Assembly: GCA_951406725.2 (NCBI GenBank)
Contig: OX597828.1
Coordinates: forward strand, 14,818,001-14,882,000
Source: Octopus vulgaris
Lineage: Eukaryota
Reading direction: 5' to 3'
Length of the DNA: 64,000 bases
Below the pieces are notes generated by a model that saw nothing but the letters and a program-made list of their open reading frames with translations, was not told the origin of the DNA and did not search any database. Positions within the stretch are counted from its first letter, which is position 1, and the number at the start of each line of letters is the position of its first letter. A program made the translations under genes and the position numbers. Shown here one piece after another: positions 37,106 through 52,204 of this stretch.

Positions 37106-40100
37106 CTTGAGAAGCTGTCAGACAAACAGACAGAACAAAGCAGTTATGTACATCACTGTGGGATAGGAGGGTGGGTACCACCAAATGTCAGTGATAGGTA
37201 AAATTTGAAATACTATGGTACGAGAGAATCCCTCAACCAAACAAAAGTAGAAAATATGTGAACAATGTTAAAGCTGAGGAGATTTAATAAATTATGAGGT
37301 AAATATATATTTAGAGATAATTAGCAACAATATATTATTTAGGCAAAATATTTCACACTTCCTTCAGTGGATAGTTACCCACCCCCACCACCACCCCCAC
37401 TATTGCTATCACACCTCACATATATTTTATGCCTATAAGCAGACATTCTTCATTATTTTTGGTAAGAGAAAACATTATTAAACATTTTAATAGCCATTAT
37501 ACACCTAAGCTATATTCACACCAAGTATTAGTGAAACTTTTCTAATTTATATTTTATGTACATGACACGTTAGTTTCTACGATTTTGCACACAAGCATTG
37601 TGTGTGTTTGTGAGTACTGTATGCACATGCCTGTACACAAGTGCATACATTTATGAACAGGTCTACATATGCACTTATATTCATGCAGGCTTATACTGAT
37701 GTGTAAATGCTTTATATATATATATTTGACTGATTCCCCCACCCCACCCACAGTTAAATATCAACATACAAAAATAATATAAATAACTTCATATATGATA
37801 CTTAGAACGAATTCTACTCAAAATTATTTACAGATTGGCAGAATCAGCAGAGTGAAAGACAAAATGTCTTACAGGATTTAGTTGTAGCCCTTTTACGTTC
37901 TAAGTTCAAATCACACTGACGTCAACTTTGCCTTTCATCTTTTCAAGATCAATAAAATAAAGTACCAGTCGAGTACTGAGATCAATATAATTGACTAAAG
38001 TATGCCTGTGTTAAAAATAATTATTCTAAAATGCCTTGTGGTATTTGTTGCGGTTCTTTCTCTTCTAAGTTCAAACCCCATCAACATCAATTTCACCTTT
38101 TCATCCCTCTGGTGTTAAAACAAAGTATCTGTCAGGTACTCAAATCAATTCGATTGACCAAATCCCTTTCCCAATAATAAATTGAAATATCTTTAAGTTT
38201 ACTAACAACAACATCATTTGATGTCTGTTTTCCACGCTTGCATGGGTTGCACAGTTTGACAGGAACTGCCAAGTCAGAAGACTGCACCAAGGTATGTCTG
38301 CATTGGCATGGTTTTTTACAGCATGAACCGGTTGCTTATTATGTGGCACCAGTAGCAGTGAGGTTACCAAATAATTTACAAGACGAGACCCCTCAACAGA
38401 ATACGAGTCGTATTGGAGAAGGTGGATTTGTTCCAGGTGAGAGGAGTATAAATAGAGGGACAGAAATAGATGTCTTGCAGTCAAAAAGATACATGGCTAC
38501 CCCAACAGGAGAGAGAAAAAGAGAAGGGAACAAAAAATATTTCCAATACAGGTCTGCTCATGCAGACCTATAATTGTCCCTGTTGACATGCCAACCCTTT
38601 TTCAGCCATAATGTATCTCGTGTATATACAGGTGGTAGGCTTCACATAACACCTGGCTTAACATCCTGTTAGAATAGCAACCAAATCTACCATCAAAAGC
38701 AAAAAAAGGGAAAGAGTGAGGTCGCATATAAGTTTCATCCGGAGTGATGTTAACGCCAAGCACTGAGGTTGATGTAATCAACAATAATGGTCTCTGGTTT
38801 TTGGGTGGGTTTAGCAGAGTTTATTCTGTTGTGATCATTTGTACCAGATTCCTGGTCCCCTCTCTGCCCAGGTTTTCTTCTTTCATACATCAGCCACATG
38901 AATCTCAACAATCGGAGAGGGTCTGCTGCAAAAGTCATCCTTTTTCTCTTACACACCGTTTCAAATTTTGGCATGAAGCCAGCAACTTTAGAGAAAGGGG
39001 TGAAAGCAATACTTGATTGCTATTTTATTTTATCAACCCTAAAAAGATGAAAGGTAACTCTTACCTCAACCAGATTTGAGCTTAGACCGGAAAGAGCAGA
39101 AAGAAATACCCATAAGCATTTTGTCTGACGTGCTAAAAACTGTGCCAGTAGCAGCAAGCTGACAGAACTATTTTATTATTAAATGAGAAAAATATAAAAT
39201 GCACTACATTATCTAGTACATCCTTCCTTTTTCTCAGACAGTAAGCTGTGATCTGAAGGAAATTTGGTTGCTATTTCTAGTAGGTGAAGCAGCTACATAG
39301 ACACTTCTTCACTCACTAGTAAGATTAAGTTTTGTTAGTTTTTCAATTTCAATCCTTCCTAAAAGGCAAAGTGCTTCTAGTAAAATATTATTTCAACAAT
39401 ACCCTGTATGTGATCCTAACATATTCCCTAAGCTGCAGTTTTTTAGTAGAATTCACAAAAATAATTATGAAATTAAAGTACAAAGTGTAAGTTAGCAGAG
39501 AAGAATTTTCTTACACTAACTATATAAAGATCAACCAATCTCAAAGAGTGACAACTCTAAAATTAGAACAGCCATATGTTGCAATTAGATAGATTTTCTG
39601 CCTGTGTGAAGTCAGTTTTTCTAGTAGTAGGTGGCAGGACTATCCACAATATACTTCACAGCTATCTGAAGACATAAACAAACATTTCTATCATTGTTAG
39701 TAGTATTATGACAGCGAAGATGGAATCTATTTGGATTCACCTGTAATATATTTCGAATGTTGTTTTATTTAAACCCCTCCCTAGACTATTCTATAACTAC
39801 AGTTAAACTTCTTGTGACGGTGATGTGTTTTTCCTCCCCCGCAGGAATATAAAGACTCAGCAAGTAAGAAATGTCAACTGTTTCAACTTTCCATAAAAAG
39901 TAACATGCATACAAGAATTTAGAAACTTCAAGAGAACATGAAATAATTCATTTATAATGGGTAGAACTTGAAAAACACAAAGCTATAAATAATGATGTGT
40001 AAATATTGAGTTAAAAACCCCTTTTGGATAGAAAAAGATGAAGTCCCATGGGCAATCTTCAACTTTTATCCAAAGGGGATTTTTAACCCATACTTCCCAA

Positions 40101-40683
40101 CAACATGGTTCAGGGTTCAGTCCTATTGCATGGCACCTTAGGCAAGGGTCTTCTACTATAACCACAGGACAATCAAAGCCTTGTGAGTGGATTTGCTAGA
40201 CAGAAACTGAAAGAAGCCCACCATATATATGTACAACAAAGACACACACATGTATTTTGTGTCTCTGTTTGTCCCACCATCACCGCTTGACAACTGATGC
40301 TGTTGTGTTTACGTCACCTTGACTTATCAGTTTGGCAAAAGAGACCAATAGAATAAGTACCAGGCCTCTAAAAAAATAAAGATTTGGGGCAATACATTTA
40401 ACAAAAACAATGCAAGGTGGTGTCCCAGCATGGCCACAGTCTAATGAAAAACAAGTAAACATATATATATATATATATATATATTATCATCATCATCATT
40501 TAGCATCCGCTTTCCATGCTAGCATGGGTTGGACGGTTCAACTGGGGTCTGGGAAGCCAGAAGGCTGCACCAGGACCAGTCTGATTTGGCAATGCCCTTC
40601 CTAAACACAGCATTTCATACAGAAATGCAAATAAATCTTATTTTTAAAATAAATCTTTACATCTTTTATGAAATATAGATGCA

Positions 40684-40714
<31 letters not shown>

Positions 40715-43225
40715 CCTGTTTCATGTATACGGCTTTGATTATTGCTTGCAAGCTCAAGTACAAGGAGTCACCCCAGAGATTATGTTTATATATATTATAC
40801 ACATCACACACACACACACACTCAAACAAATCAGATTAATAATAATAAATTACTGTAGTTAGGTAATAACTAACATCTGTTATAATTCCATTCATAACTA
40901 AGATGAATTATAGGAATATACAAAGACTTTAATACTTCACTGATAAACTGTTTTGTCAAGCTTGTAAAGATAAAAGGTAAAAACTGATCTCAGTAGGATT
41001 TGAACTCAGTACATAAAAGGCCATCATTAAATACTACAAGACACTTTGTCAGAGACTAATAATGACTCTGCTAGTAGCATCTTTTAATTAGTAAAATATA
41101 TCATGATTTACTTCCACCCACCTCATTCATGAAACAGCAGCCACTACAGTCGTGTAATGTAACTAATGCAATTACTTCTATGTGAAAGAAACCGGAATGA
41201 AAACACAAATCTCAATTTAGCACCAAGCTGTTCATTTAATCACATATGTTCTCAGAGCTAGTATTTTGTGGTTTTCTTCAACAACACCATGGCATTTCAT
41301 TTCATTTTGGGGATGGGCAAGTTGGAAGGAAAGCTTTAACTGTTGCTCTATTTACATCCCACACATGGTCCTTGGCTATCTTTAAAAAAAAAAAAGAGTT
41401 CAAACTGTCGTAAGCATTGCAGTTAAAAGCCCTCATCACGCCATAACACTCACACATGCACACATCTTTTTGCATACGTTCAGGCAGGACGTCAGCAACA
41501 TCAATCCAGTCTAATAGAGGCTCTCATTAACTTTAAAAAAAAAGAGAACAAAAACAAAAAAATAAATCATAGTACTCAATGTGTCCTTCCTCCTTTTAAG
41601 ATGGTATGGTTTGATTTAAGAGAGGTTGATCTGGTATTTCTAACAAGTCGAACAACTTTACAGAGATTTCCTTGTGAGCAACACTGAATTCACTTCCAAT
41701 CTCATCATCATCATCGTTTAACGTCCGTTCTCCATGCTAGCATGGGTTGGACGGTTCGACCAGGGATCTGGGAAGCCAGAAGGCTGCACCAGGCTCCGGT
41801 CTTATCTGGCAATGTTTCTACAGCTGGATGCCCTTCCTAACGCCAACCACTCCGCGAGTGTAGTGGGTGCTTTTTATGTGCCACCTGCACTGGAGCCAGG
41901 CGAGGCAAAGATTCTCTGAGGACAAAAATAAACTATTTTAATATACATTTCATAAAATCCAGTTTGAACTCGCCAATTTGTTCCTTCAGTTAACATCTTT
42001 GTTTTAACATTCACTTTTCCATGCTTGCACAAAGTTGGACAGAGTTTATTTAAAACAGATTTTCTACAACTATATGTCCTTCCTGTCACCAACCATCACT
42101 CCTTCCCAAACATGATATTTCTTCCTGACCAGGCATATTTACACAGAATATGAATGACAATGACACAACTACCATGCAATATCAAGACAAAGACACAAAC
42201 ATACACAAACACATGCACAAGCTTCTTTAAGTTTTCATCTTCCAAATTCACTCACAGGGCTTTAGTCAGCCTGAGGCTAAGAAAGAAGGCACTTGGCCAA
42301 GGTGTCATACAGTGGGACTGAACCTGAAACCATGTGGTTAGGAAGCAAACTTTTTAACCACTTAGCTACACCTGCACCCATAACCACACCTGTACCAATA
42401 ACCACACCTGTGAATAAATTCACAGAACTGAAACTATGAAAATGAAGTAAGGAGTCTAATTTAGTCCATCTCCCAAAGAACAAAAAGAAAATGAAAAAAA
42501 AAAAAAAACAGGATCTGCTAATCACATAGGCAGGATGGCCTCTGGTTTCCTTGGCAACTCCTCGAAATCGTTGGCACAAGAAACAGAAAATCTAGACAAG
42601 AAACATTTGCTCCAAGAGCCCGAAATTTGACAGAGCTATCTATATTAAGATAAACAACATGCTGTTTAAATAAATCTGTGCCAGGAGAACTGCAAACATA
42701 AGTCTTGCAGCTATTTAAAAAACACAGCCTTAAAACAAAAGTAAATTCAGTTTGTAAGATAAGATTTTGACAAGATTCCATAAGCAATGGCTCAAAGAAA
42801 CAGTTAACAAATTACGGTACAGAGAAGTAATCAATAACATTCGTTAAGGTTGTGTCAAGTAATAAAACAAAAGGTTGATCTTTAAAACAAAATTAGACAA
42901 GAAAAATGCCAACAAGGGAACCTCTATGTTAATTGCTTGACTTGCTAGATATAGCACCCTAGAGTCTTAAAATTAGGCTATTTTGGACAATGTAGTCCTG
43001 GATATATAGAAAAACTAAATGGCCATAGTTGGAACATTTTTAATAAAATGTTTGCTCAATTAGTACTGATTAGGTGCTATACAATAACAAATGAAACAAA
43101 AATTACAATTATGAAGTTACAGAATGACATATGATTGAATAAACTAAGGTTGTAGAAATCTCATCTGACCCATACAACCATTGAAATGTGGACAGACATT
43201 AAAGCAGATTTTCTCATTACTTTGA

Positions 43226-43325
43226 TATGAAGTGTGTGCTTTTGCTGAAGAGGTCAAACAGGTTGAAACATGTCAAGAATTGTCTCCCATACTTCCAAAA
43301 ATTCATTAAAATAAATATTAGTCAT
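43226..43325 (+). mobile_element. Second hammerhead-like element family, copy 1 (motif 43240-43279)
   Basis: cttttg-CTGAAGA-ggtc(aaaca)ggtt-GAAA-cat-GTC-aagaa, with a palindromic ACATGT helix III and AATAAA ~40 nt downstream. Aligns with 16769-16850. Confidence 0.45.
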
Positions 43326-45269
43326 TGATTAATGTTTTCTTCTTTTCTTTCACTACATAATTATTTCTACTTAGTTTCTCAATCATGCTGCATTAAATAT
43401 GCTAACACTGACTCGACAATAACATTGATAAGAGGAAAATCAGGAAAACAAATTGACCGACAACAATAACAAACAGTGAGTAAAGAAAGTTTGCAACACA
43501 GAAATAAATCATTTTGATTTGATGCGCATCTCACTTCAACAAAGTGTTCTACTTGAAACCATATACTTCCCCTCTTCATGACAAAATAATTTATTCCACT
43601 TCAGGGTCTTATTATTATTATCATTATTATTGAACAATGTCATAAAAAGTTTACAAATTATTCTACAACTTAGCACATCTCACAGAAATATTAGAATTTT
43701 ATTTATTTCACACTTCCTAGTTTTAGTCATTGGGCTCTGACCATGCTGGGGTACCACCTTGAAGGTGGTTCAGTCAAACAAATCAACCCCAGTACTAGTT
43801 TTTTAAGTTTCAAACTTATTCTATTGGCCTCTTTTGCTGAACTGCAAATCTATGGGGATGTAAACAAACCAACACAGGTAGTCAAGTGGTGACAGAAAAC
43901 ACACACCAAGATTGCACACACTTTTCATCTACTAAATTATCTCAAAAGGAATTGATTGGCCCAGGGCTATAGTAGAAGGCACATACCTGAGATGGCAGGC
44001 AGTGGAACTGAACCCGAGACTACATGGTTCCAAAACAAGTTTCCTAACCATGCATCCATACCCACATCATTCCTCCACCTTTCCTAATAGATTTTTAATG
44101 AGTAAACTTTTTTTTTTTTTTTGAGGTTTTTTCTTTTCCTCATTTTGATTTTTTTCCACACTTGTGTATGATGAATAATGATATGAGAAGGCCTTTTTTT
44201 TTATACAAAAAAGATATTTATATTTGTTATGGGTGTTCTGAATTCTTAGAATAATATCAATAAACATGTTTCTCAGTAGAGAAATATTCTCTGCTTTCTG
44301 TTTATATTTTATACGAAAAAATAATTATTATAAATATATATTAAGTTGAAAGGTTGCAATCTGAGAATAGGGATACATAACCATCTTCACAAATGGTAAA
44401 CAATTTTCTCTTTTTTTGTCTTGCTAACTACATACGCATGCTGTATGTATACACATGCAAGTATACATTAAACCATACAAATAGATAAAATATGCATATA
44501 CACTCAATCATGCAACCACACAACTTTTCTTAATATAACAGATGTTAATGATATACATATATATAGGCAAACACACAAATATACATACATGTACATACAC
44601 ACACACCTGTTTAATATATACTACATGCACACATAACTTGAAGGCAATTTTAGACGAGATGATGAAGGCAAGTTTAGGGTTTCAGCTATAAGGTATGTTT
44701 GAGATGCTTCCTTTCACCAAAGCACATAACCTCACAGCATAACAGATAGCAGTAACAAGTCAGTCTGATCTGAAAATATTCTGAACTAAAACATCTCATA
44801 CATAGTTTACTGTACAGTTAATCATTCACTGGTTCCAGTCTCCTTGTGTTCAATGCCACTGCACAGTACATTGCATAAGTAGCCCTGGGCTGACCAAAGC
44901 TTGTGAGTGAATTTGATAGATGGAAACTGAAAGAAGGCCATCAAATAAATATATATGTAGAATATGTAGGTGTGTGCGTATGTGTTAGTGTGTACCCCTG
45001 TCTTGACATTACATGAGGAATGTAAATAAGCATCATTGTAATTCAAGCAATGTTTTGTTTCCAGTCTTCCATGAAGATGTCTAGCTGTGAGAAAATATTA
45101 CCTTGCTTGGAAACAGATGAGGATTGGTAACAGGAAGGGTATCTAGCTGTAGAAAATCTACCTCAACAAATTCCATCTCACCCATGCACACATGGAACAG
45201 TGAGCATTAAATGATGAGGATTCTGTTTTCATAGGCCACTATTCTCCTGAGGGTTGTGGAGTCACAGAT

Positions 45270-45590
45270 TTAAGGCATGCCATCCAGAGAGTCCTATCCA
45301 AAGGAACCATTGGCAAGCGTTCCAACTGAGACCCCAAATGAGAGCAACCAATATTATGGACATTATTCAACCATCTCTCCTATAGTCTACTCCTAGGAGT
45401 AGAGCTACCAGTTGGTCTTGCCTGTGAAAATCAACCCTGCAATTTTTGACTCAGACATTCTAACCACATGTTCATAGTATCAGAGCCAAGTGACCTCTCA
45501 ATACAATGAAGGAAGTAACAGCTCAACTTTGAGCAATTCCCTAATCTCTGAGCTGCACACCCAATTGAATAATATTCTTCTAGCAGCCCT
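45270..45590 (-). pseudogene. Decayed RTE-like LINE ORF C-terminal fragment
   Basis: Minus-strand translation ...WVCSSEIRELLKVELLL...YYEHVVRMSESKIA... resembles the RTE 'EIR...WxGHVxRM...GRP' C-terminus; multiple stops. Confidence 0.45.
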
Positions 45591-46192
45591 TTTATTTATC
45601 GAATAGCTGGATTCCTTAAATACTTCGTTCTAGTTAGCATTTAAGAAAAAAAAAAGTTTGAGAGAGTAAACACTACAGGTATTTTGCTTGTTGCACCGAT
45701 TTTGCACACGACAAACCTCCAAACAGTTTCTGGCTACCAGATTTCAATCACAATGTGTCGTGCAGTGAAACTGAATCTAAAACCACAAGGCTGCAAAACA
45801 AACATCTTAACCATGCATACCAGTGTGCAATTATAACCATTTCCCACCCAATTCCTGTCCCGTTTCTTTTATAGCTGAAGAAAATTTATTGGATTTATTT
45901 TTTATTTTTATTTTATCTAGTTTCAGCTCACGAGCTGTGGCCATGCTGGATATAAACTTTCATAAAAATAAATATTTTAAAATTTTGCAAAAGTATTTTT
46001 CTATTTTTTTTTCATTAAACTTGGTTTGTTATTTCTACTTCCTGATCTTTTAAAAATGCGTTCACTTATTTATAAACACATGGCTGTATGTATAAACATG
46101 TGATATGTGTGTGTGTTTACTCAAAAAATATCAACATGTATGAGATACTACGAGTGTAAACAAGAAGCATCAAAAAATTCATCTCAGTAGGC

Positions 46193-46223
<31 letters not shown>

Positions 46224-46684
46224 TGTGCAATAATGTGATGAATGGTTATGTAAGTCTGCGTATACAATGTGACTGTTCACATGGTGGTTGTGTGTACGTG
46301 TATGTACAAGAATGAATATGCATGCACTTCAGTATGTGTGTGTGTATGTATACGAGAATGTGTGAAAGTTCATACGATTCAGTGCACATGTGGGCAAGTG
46401 TAAATCTAGTATAAGTGCACCAGAGAAGAAATTAATAAAATATATTATTAATAATCCAGAGAAATAGCATCTATTATGAAGTCAAATATAGTCAACTCTC
46501 TACTGAAATTTGATTCTCCCTCTATATAAAACAAAACTCTTACAAAGCAGTTAGTTGCTCTTTCAGAACTAAATGTAACATATCTGGTGGAGAAGCAGTA
46601 CCATATGCACTGCTTGGGAAATGATCAAATCACAGACTTAAAATTCAGATGATATAGAAACTTAAGCTGATCTGAGGTATATAA

Positions 46685-47390
46685 TAATAATCCTTTATAT
46701 AATAAGCACAAGGCCTGGAATTTGGGGAAGTGGGGACAGTCAAATACATTGACCCCAATACTCGACTGATAATTTATCGACCCCGAAATGATGAACGGTA
46801 AAGTCGACCTCAGTGCAATTTGAACTCAGAATGTAGTAGCAGGCGAAATACTGCTCAGCATTTCGCTCAGTGCACTAATGATTCTGCCAGCTCACCACCT
46901 TTAATTATACAATAACCCTTTCTGATACAGGTACAAAACCTGAAATTTGGTGGGGAGGAGGATAGTTGATTACATCAACCCCAATACTCAACTGGTACTT
47001 ATTTGATCGACCCTGAAAGTATGAAAGGCAAAGTCAACCTCAGCAGAATTTGAATAATAATAATAATAATGATAATAATGGTTTCAAATTTTGGTACAAG
47101 GCCAGCAATTTCTAGGGGTGGGGGAAGTCAATTACATCAACCTCAGTGTTCAGCTGGTACTTATTTTTCATCAACCTCAAAAAGATAAAAGGCAAAGTCG
47201 ACCATAAAAATAAATCTTTCTGCTACATGCACAAGACCTGAAATTTTGGGGGAGGGTGCTAGTCAATCACATCGACCTTAGTGCTTGACTGGTACTTATT
47301 TTATTGACCCCAAAAGTACGAAAAGCAAAGTGAACAGATGGACGAAATGTTGCTAAGCAATTTGCCCAGCATGCTAACGATTCTCCCAAA
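46685..47390 (-). mobile_element. Cluster of four co-oriented family B SINEs separated by (AAT)n
   Basis: The motif acatc(a/g)acccca-t-ctcaactggtacttatt...gaaaggcaaagtc(a/g)acc occurs four times. Confidence 0.85.
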
Positions 47391-47764
47391 CAACAAAATA
47401 AATGTGTAAATAAGCTGCAAAACTAAGACAACAAATTCCTGAATAAGAATAAAATCTATTTCTGGTTTTGGTTTTTTTTTTTTGTTTGTTTACTTTTTTG
47501 TTTTTTATTTATGTCAAAGATTGCCTGCAAATGTAAATGGAAGTATGTAAGTATATCTATAGAGTTACAGACACAGGATAGAGTATCAGTCTCACCACTA
47601 AAGAGGAATTTGCTTATATTTTCCTAAAATCTTTTATCATTTACTTGCTTTAGTCAATTGACTGTGGCCATGCTAGAGCACCACCTTGAAGAGTTTAGTC
47701 AAACAAATCAACCCCAGTACTTCTTTTTTTAAACATGAAGCTATCAACTTATGTCTCAGTTGAT

Positions 47765-47990
47765 GTTTGATGACTGCAAGAAAAGCACAGGCAAAGAGAA
47801 AAATTTCAACATCCTGGAGGAACAAAAACAGATTTAAGTACAAAGACTAGGGTAAGAAGAGGAGAGACGAGCATGTGATGTAGGTTTTGGTGGAAACATA
47901 GAAACATAGAAGCAGTTGCAGTAAAAAAGAGGTCAGTGTCTGTAGGGAGGAGAATGAAGAGGATTGGCAAAAGGCTCCATCTTTATCAGT
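47765..47990 (-). pseudogene. Highly decayed CR1/L2-like LINE 3' fragment
   Basis: Purine-skewed plus strand. Minus-strand peptide remnants (...FFSLPVLFLQSSN) loosely resemble the WNSLPxxVFP end motif. Confidence 0.25.
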
Positions 47991-49082
47991 CAGACGTCTT
48001 TCATATCCTTTCTACTAAAGGCACAAGGCCTGAAATTTGGGGTGTGGGGACTAGTCAATTACAACGACCCCAGTGTTTCACTGGTACTTAATTTATCGAC
48101 CCCGAAATCAGGAAAGGCAAAGTCGACCTCGGCAGAATTTGAACTCAGAATGGAGCAATGGTCGAAACACTGCTAATCATTTCATCCGGCGTGCTAACGA
48201 TTACACCAACACAAACGATGAGTATCCTACACTGGGTTTCACTGAGTAATGTCTACTATTCATGCAATCTTTCAAAGTGTCAATGGATGACACAGCATAG
48301 CTGAGTGGTAAAGAAGCTAATCTCACAATCACAAGGTTCGAAACTCACTACATGACATCTTGGGGGAGGGGAAGGATGAGTGTTTTACCATAAGACTTAG
48401 CTCAATCCAAATCTTTTGAGTGGACAGATGAAAGGTATGCAGAAGCCTGTCAGACTTGTAATTTATAGTGCCAGCTTTGTCACACATTGTCATGTTGACC
48501 CTACATTAGAGTGGACACATGAATAAGTGGTTAAGAAGCTTATTTTGCAACCATGTGATTACAGGTTCAGTCCCACTGCATGGTACTTTGAGTAGTTTCT
48601 TCGACTATAGCCCTGGGTCAACTAATGTCTTATGAGTGAATTTAATAGACATAAAGTGTATGGAAACCTGTGATGTAGTTTCCCCACACCACTTGACAAC
48701 CAGTGTTGGTTTGTTTAGAATAGGACTTTAAAAAATAAGTACTGGGGTTGCTTTGTTTGACTAAAACCCTTCAAGGTGGTGCCCCAGCATGGTTGCTGTC
48801 CAATGATTGAAACAAGTAAAATGTAAAAGATAAAACGTAAAATATACCTGCTGGATCCTCAACTACTTGCTAATTCAATGAATAAGTAATTCAGTTGATT
48901 AAACAACCAGAATACTCGTTACTGAACTTCAGAGATTCATTTAATTTACAAGGGACACAAATATCATGTATTTGTTTGCAGTATTGAGCTGAAAGCTCCC
49001 TTTTACAGCAGCTTTAACTTGGAGAGAAAAGTGGGCTCAAGCAGAAAAAATGCTAAGCATTTGATCCACCATGCTAATGATT

Positions 49083-49314
49083 ATTTCATTATTGCCCACA
49101 AGGGGCTAAACACAGAGGGGACAAACAAGGACAGACAAAGGGATTAAGTTGATTACATCAACCCCAGTGCGTAACTAGTACTTAATATATCGACCCCGAA
49201 AGGATGAAAGACAAAGTCGACCACAGCAGAATTTGAACTCAGAACGTAACGGCAGACAAAATACTGCTAAGCATTTCGCCCGGCATGCTAATGTTTCTGC
49301 CAGCTCACTGACTT
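49083..49314 (-). mobile_element. SINE family B inserted into an older family B copy
   Basis: 11-bp TSD tgctaatgatt at 49072-49082 and 49315-49325. Confidence 0.85.
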
Positions 49315-52204
49315 TGCTAATGATTCTGCCGACTTGCTGCCCTACCTTATAGTGCCCCTTCTTTATTTAAGAAATAAGGTGTGATATGAAGATAATTTGG
49401 TTGCTGTTTCTCACAGATTGCATAACCACATAGACAATCCCTCACTGGCTGATAGCTATCTGCCTGTACTTGTTTGTAATATTTTTATTTGTTGTAGCTT
49501 GTTTACATGTGTTGGGCTTGTGTTAGTGTTTATATTGGTTTTGGTGACTAAGAGAATTAGGTTTGGTGTGGTTGAAAACATTTTTCGTATATATTTTATT
49601 GCAGGTCATTTATTTTATGCTTGTCAGATGATTTAATAAGTATGTTTAGTATAGTGACTATTTCGTATAACCAGGTAAGACATCCTGCTGACACAGGCCC
49701 AAAATAGATTACAAATAATTCATTCATTTCGTACCCATTTTCTTTTTCCTTGATAGGCATAAGCATAGTTGTGTAGTTAGAAAGCTTGCTTTGCAATCAC
49801 ATGGTTCTGGGTTCAATCCCAGTGTTCAGCACCTTCAGCAAGTGTCTTCTACAATAGCCCCAGATAGACAAATACCTTGAGTGAATTTGGTAGACAGAAA
49901 ATGTGAGGAAGATCATTGCGTGTGTGTGTGTGTGTACACAGACACAATACATATACATGTGTATGTGTCTCATTCACCACTGCTTGACAACTAGTGTTGG
50001 TTTGTTTATGTCCCCAATAACTTAGCAGTTTGGCAAAAGGGAGCAACAGAATAAGACTAAAAAGAACTTTAAAAAAACATTTGTTCAACAAAAATTCTTA
50101 AAGTCAGTACCCTAGCTCGGTCACAGCCCAACAAACACAAGTAAAAGCCAATAATAGGGGTTGGATGAATACTTATTGAGACATTCTATAGCCAGATATC
50201 CTTTCTGGACATCATCTGAAAGGGATTTTTTTAATGTCAAGCTCTATATACCATACTTCATAGGTGAGTGTGCATGTGTCTCAGCTTTGATCAAGCTACC
50301 ATATGATCAAAAGTGCTTCATCTGTGATCATTCTATCGTATTCTCACGTACAGTACACCTAGAACCATATTATTGAATGTGTCATTTTCTAAAACAGCAG
50401 CATGCAATGTGAAGGAGATTTGGCTGCTATTTCTAGTAGATCAAGTGCCTGCAGAAAAGCTCCTTCATTGATTTATAATTTATATATTAGGATTGATTAT
50501 AATGAATACTGAGGGTAGAGGGCTTCTTGTAAATGCTAAATTTTTTGGATTTTAGAATTTTGGGAAATTCTGAAATCCAAAAGATCATTGTAGAAATCAT
50601 TTGAACCAGGTCTCCAGTTTGAGAATAATTTTCTCCCTTCTTCCTACAATCTCAGTGAACCTGAAAAAATTAAAGGGTCACAAATGCTGCATTTCGCCTT
50701 CTGATTAAACCAGAAAAAAAAAATTGACAAGAGATATAAACAAGGCCAGAATAGAGACAAACTTGATGTGACAAGTAATCATTCTGTCAGAGTGTATTAA
50801 GTCTTTGGTAGGAGTGTTAATGTAATGACAGTATGATGACGTAAGGGATTAGAGAGTTGGTGTATCACTTGCTGAGGGGGTTTTCTTGCTATAGAGGAAA
50901 TGACTGGGTGGAGTGTTCTGGTTGTATCAAGGAGTGTTTTTGTTGTTGATAGTAGGTACATGTGTAAATAATACTGTTTAATCATCATCATCATCATTTA
51001 ATGTCAGTCTTACAGAACAGCTACAAAAGTGTGTTATAGTATCATAAATGCATTTGTCACAAAGGTATGCAGCAGGCACAGGTTTCTTCCAGGCAATATT
51101 TCCCCATCCACTAACAAGGAATAGAATAAAAAAATAGTTGAGATGATATGGTAACGAAATATCAGCCTGTAGGTCTTGAGATCAAATCTACTGCACGCTA
51201 CATATTCATAAAGTACACTGCATATTTTAGGCTAATTCATTTCACTGTCAGTAACAATAAACCAGATCATTGAGCACCCTACAGAGAAGGGTAGTTTTAT
51301 ATCTCATCCGACTTCCTGCTATGATGCTAAATCTAAACATTGGCTGACACTGATATACTAAACTTTATGGGGGAGTGAAAAAATGCATTCCTTAACAGGC
51401 AGTATAGAATTGCCATGACAAACAACAGCATGATCATGAGAGAGAGAGAGAGAAAAAGGGAGCCTCTCTCTGGTTTCTCAAACTGTTACAAATAGAAACC
51501 AAATCACCCTCAAATAACACCTTACCATCTTTAAGAAAAAGCAACATACACTGGATAATGTATTTCTAAAAACACCATTTAAATCAAACACAAGCTGATC
51601 ACAGCTGAAATGCCTTTGATCGTATATTTGCCCAATCACAATTGACCTGGAGCGTGAAAGAACAACAACAACAGAATGGTAGTGAAGTGTAAATAACCAA
51701 AGATGAAAGTCAATTTAAAGCCGGCGTTAATTTACTAAAAGTTCCACTGACATCCACTGGCAGACTGCAGCGATAATAGTTTACAAAGGTATTTATAGCA
51801 GCAGCAGGTAGCAATTTTAGCATCCCATAGAGATTCAACCATTTCTATTATTATAAATAAAGCATTATTTGCATAAATTACTGCCAATGACATAAAAATC
51901 ATCAAAACCACTCACATGTTTGACATCAACTGTATAATTTATTTATGTTTATTTATTGGCTGCATATTCAATTGCAGAAGTGAAATTACCTAGTATATAC
52001 ATCTTTCAACAACCAGCTCTAGAGATCTGGAGTTTTCCTTCCCACCAGAAGGTGTATGATCACGTTTCTGAGAAAAACATATTTGGTATATATGGGTTCA
52101 GTCTCACTGCGCAGCATCTTGGGGAAAGTGTCTTTTGACAACAGCCTAGGCCAAGCAGAGGTTTGTGAGTGGATTTGAGAGAAGGAAATTGAAGCTCATC
52201 ACGT

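Noticed and set aside
42368-42411. 18-bp tandem repeat x2.5 (acacctgtaccaataacc)
   Set aside because: Ordinary slippage duplication at a SINE end.
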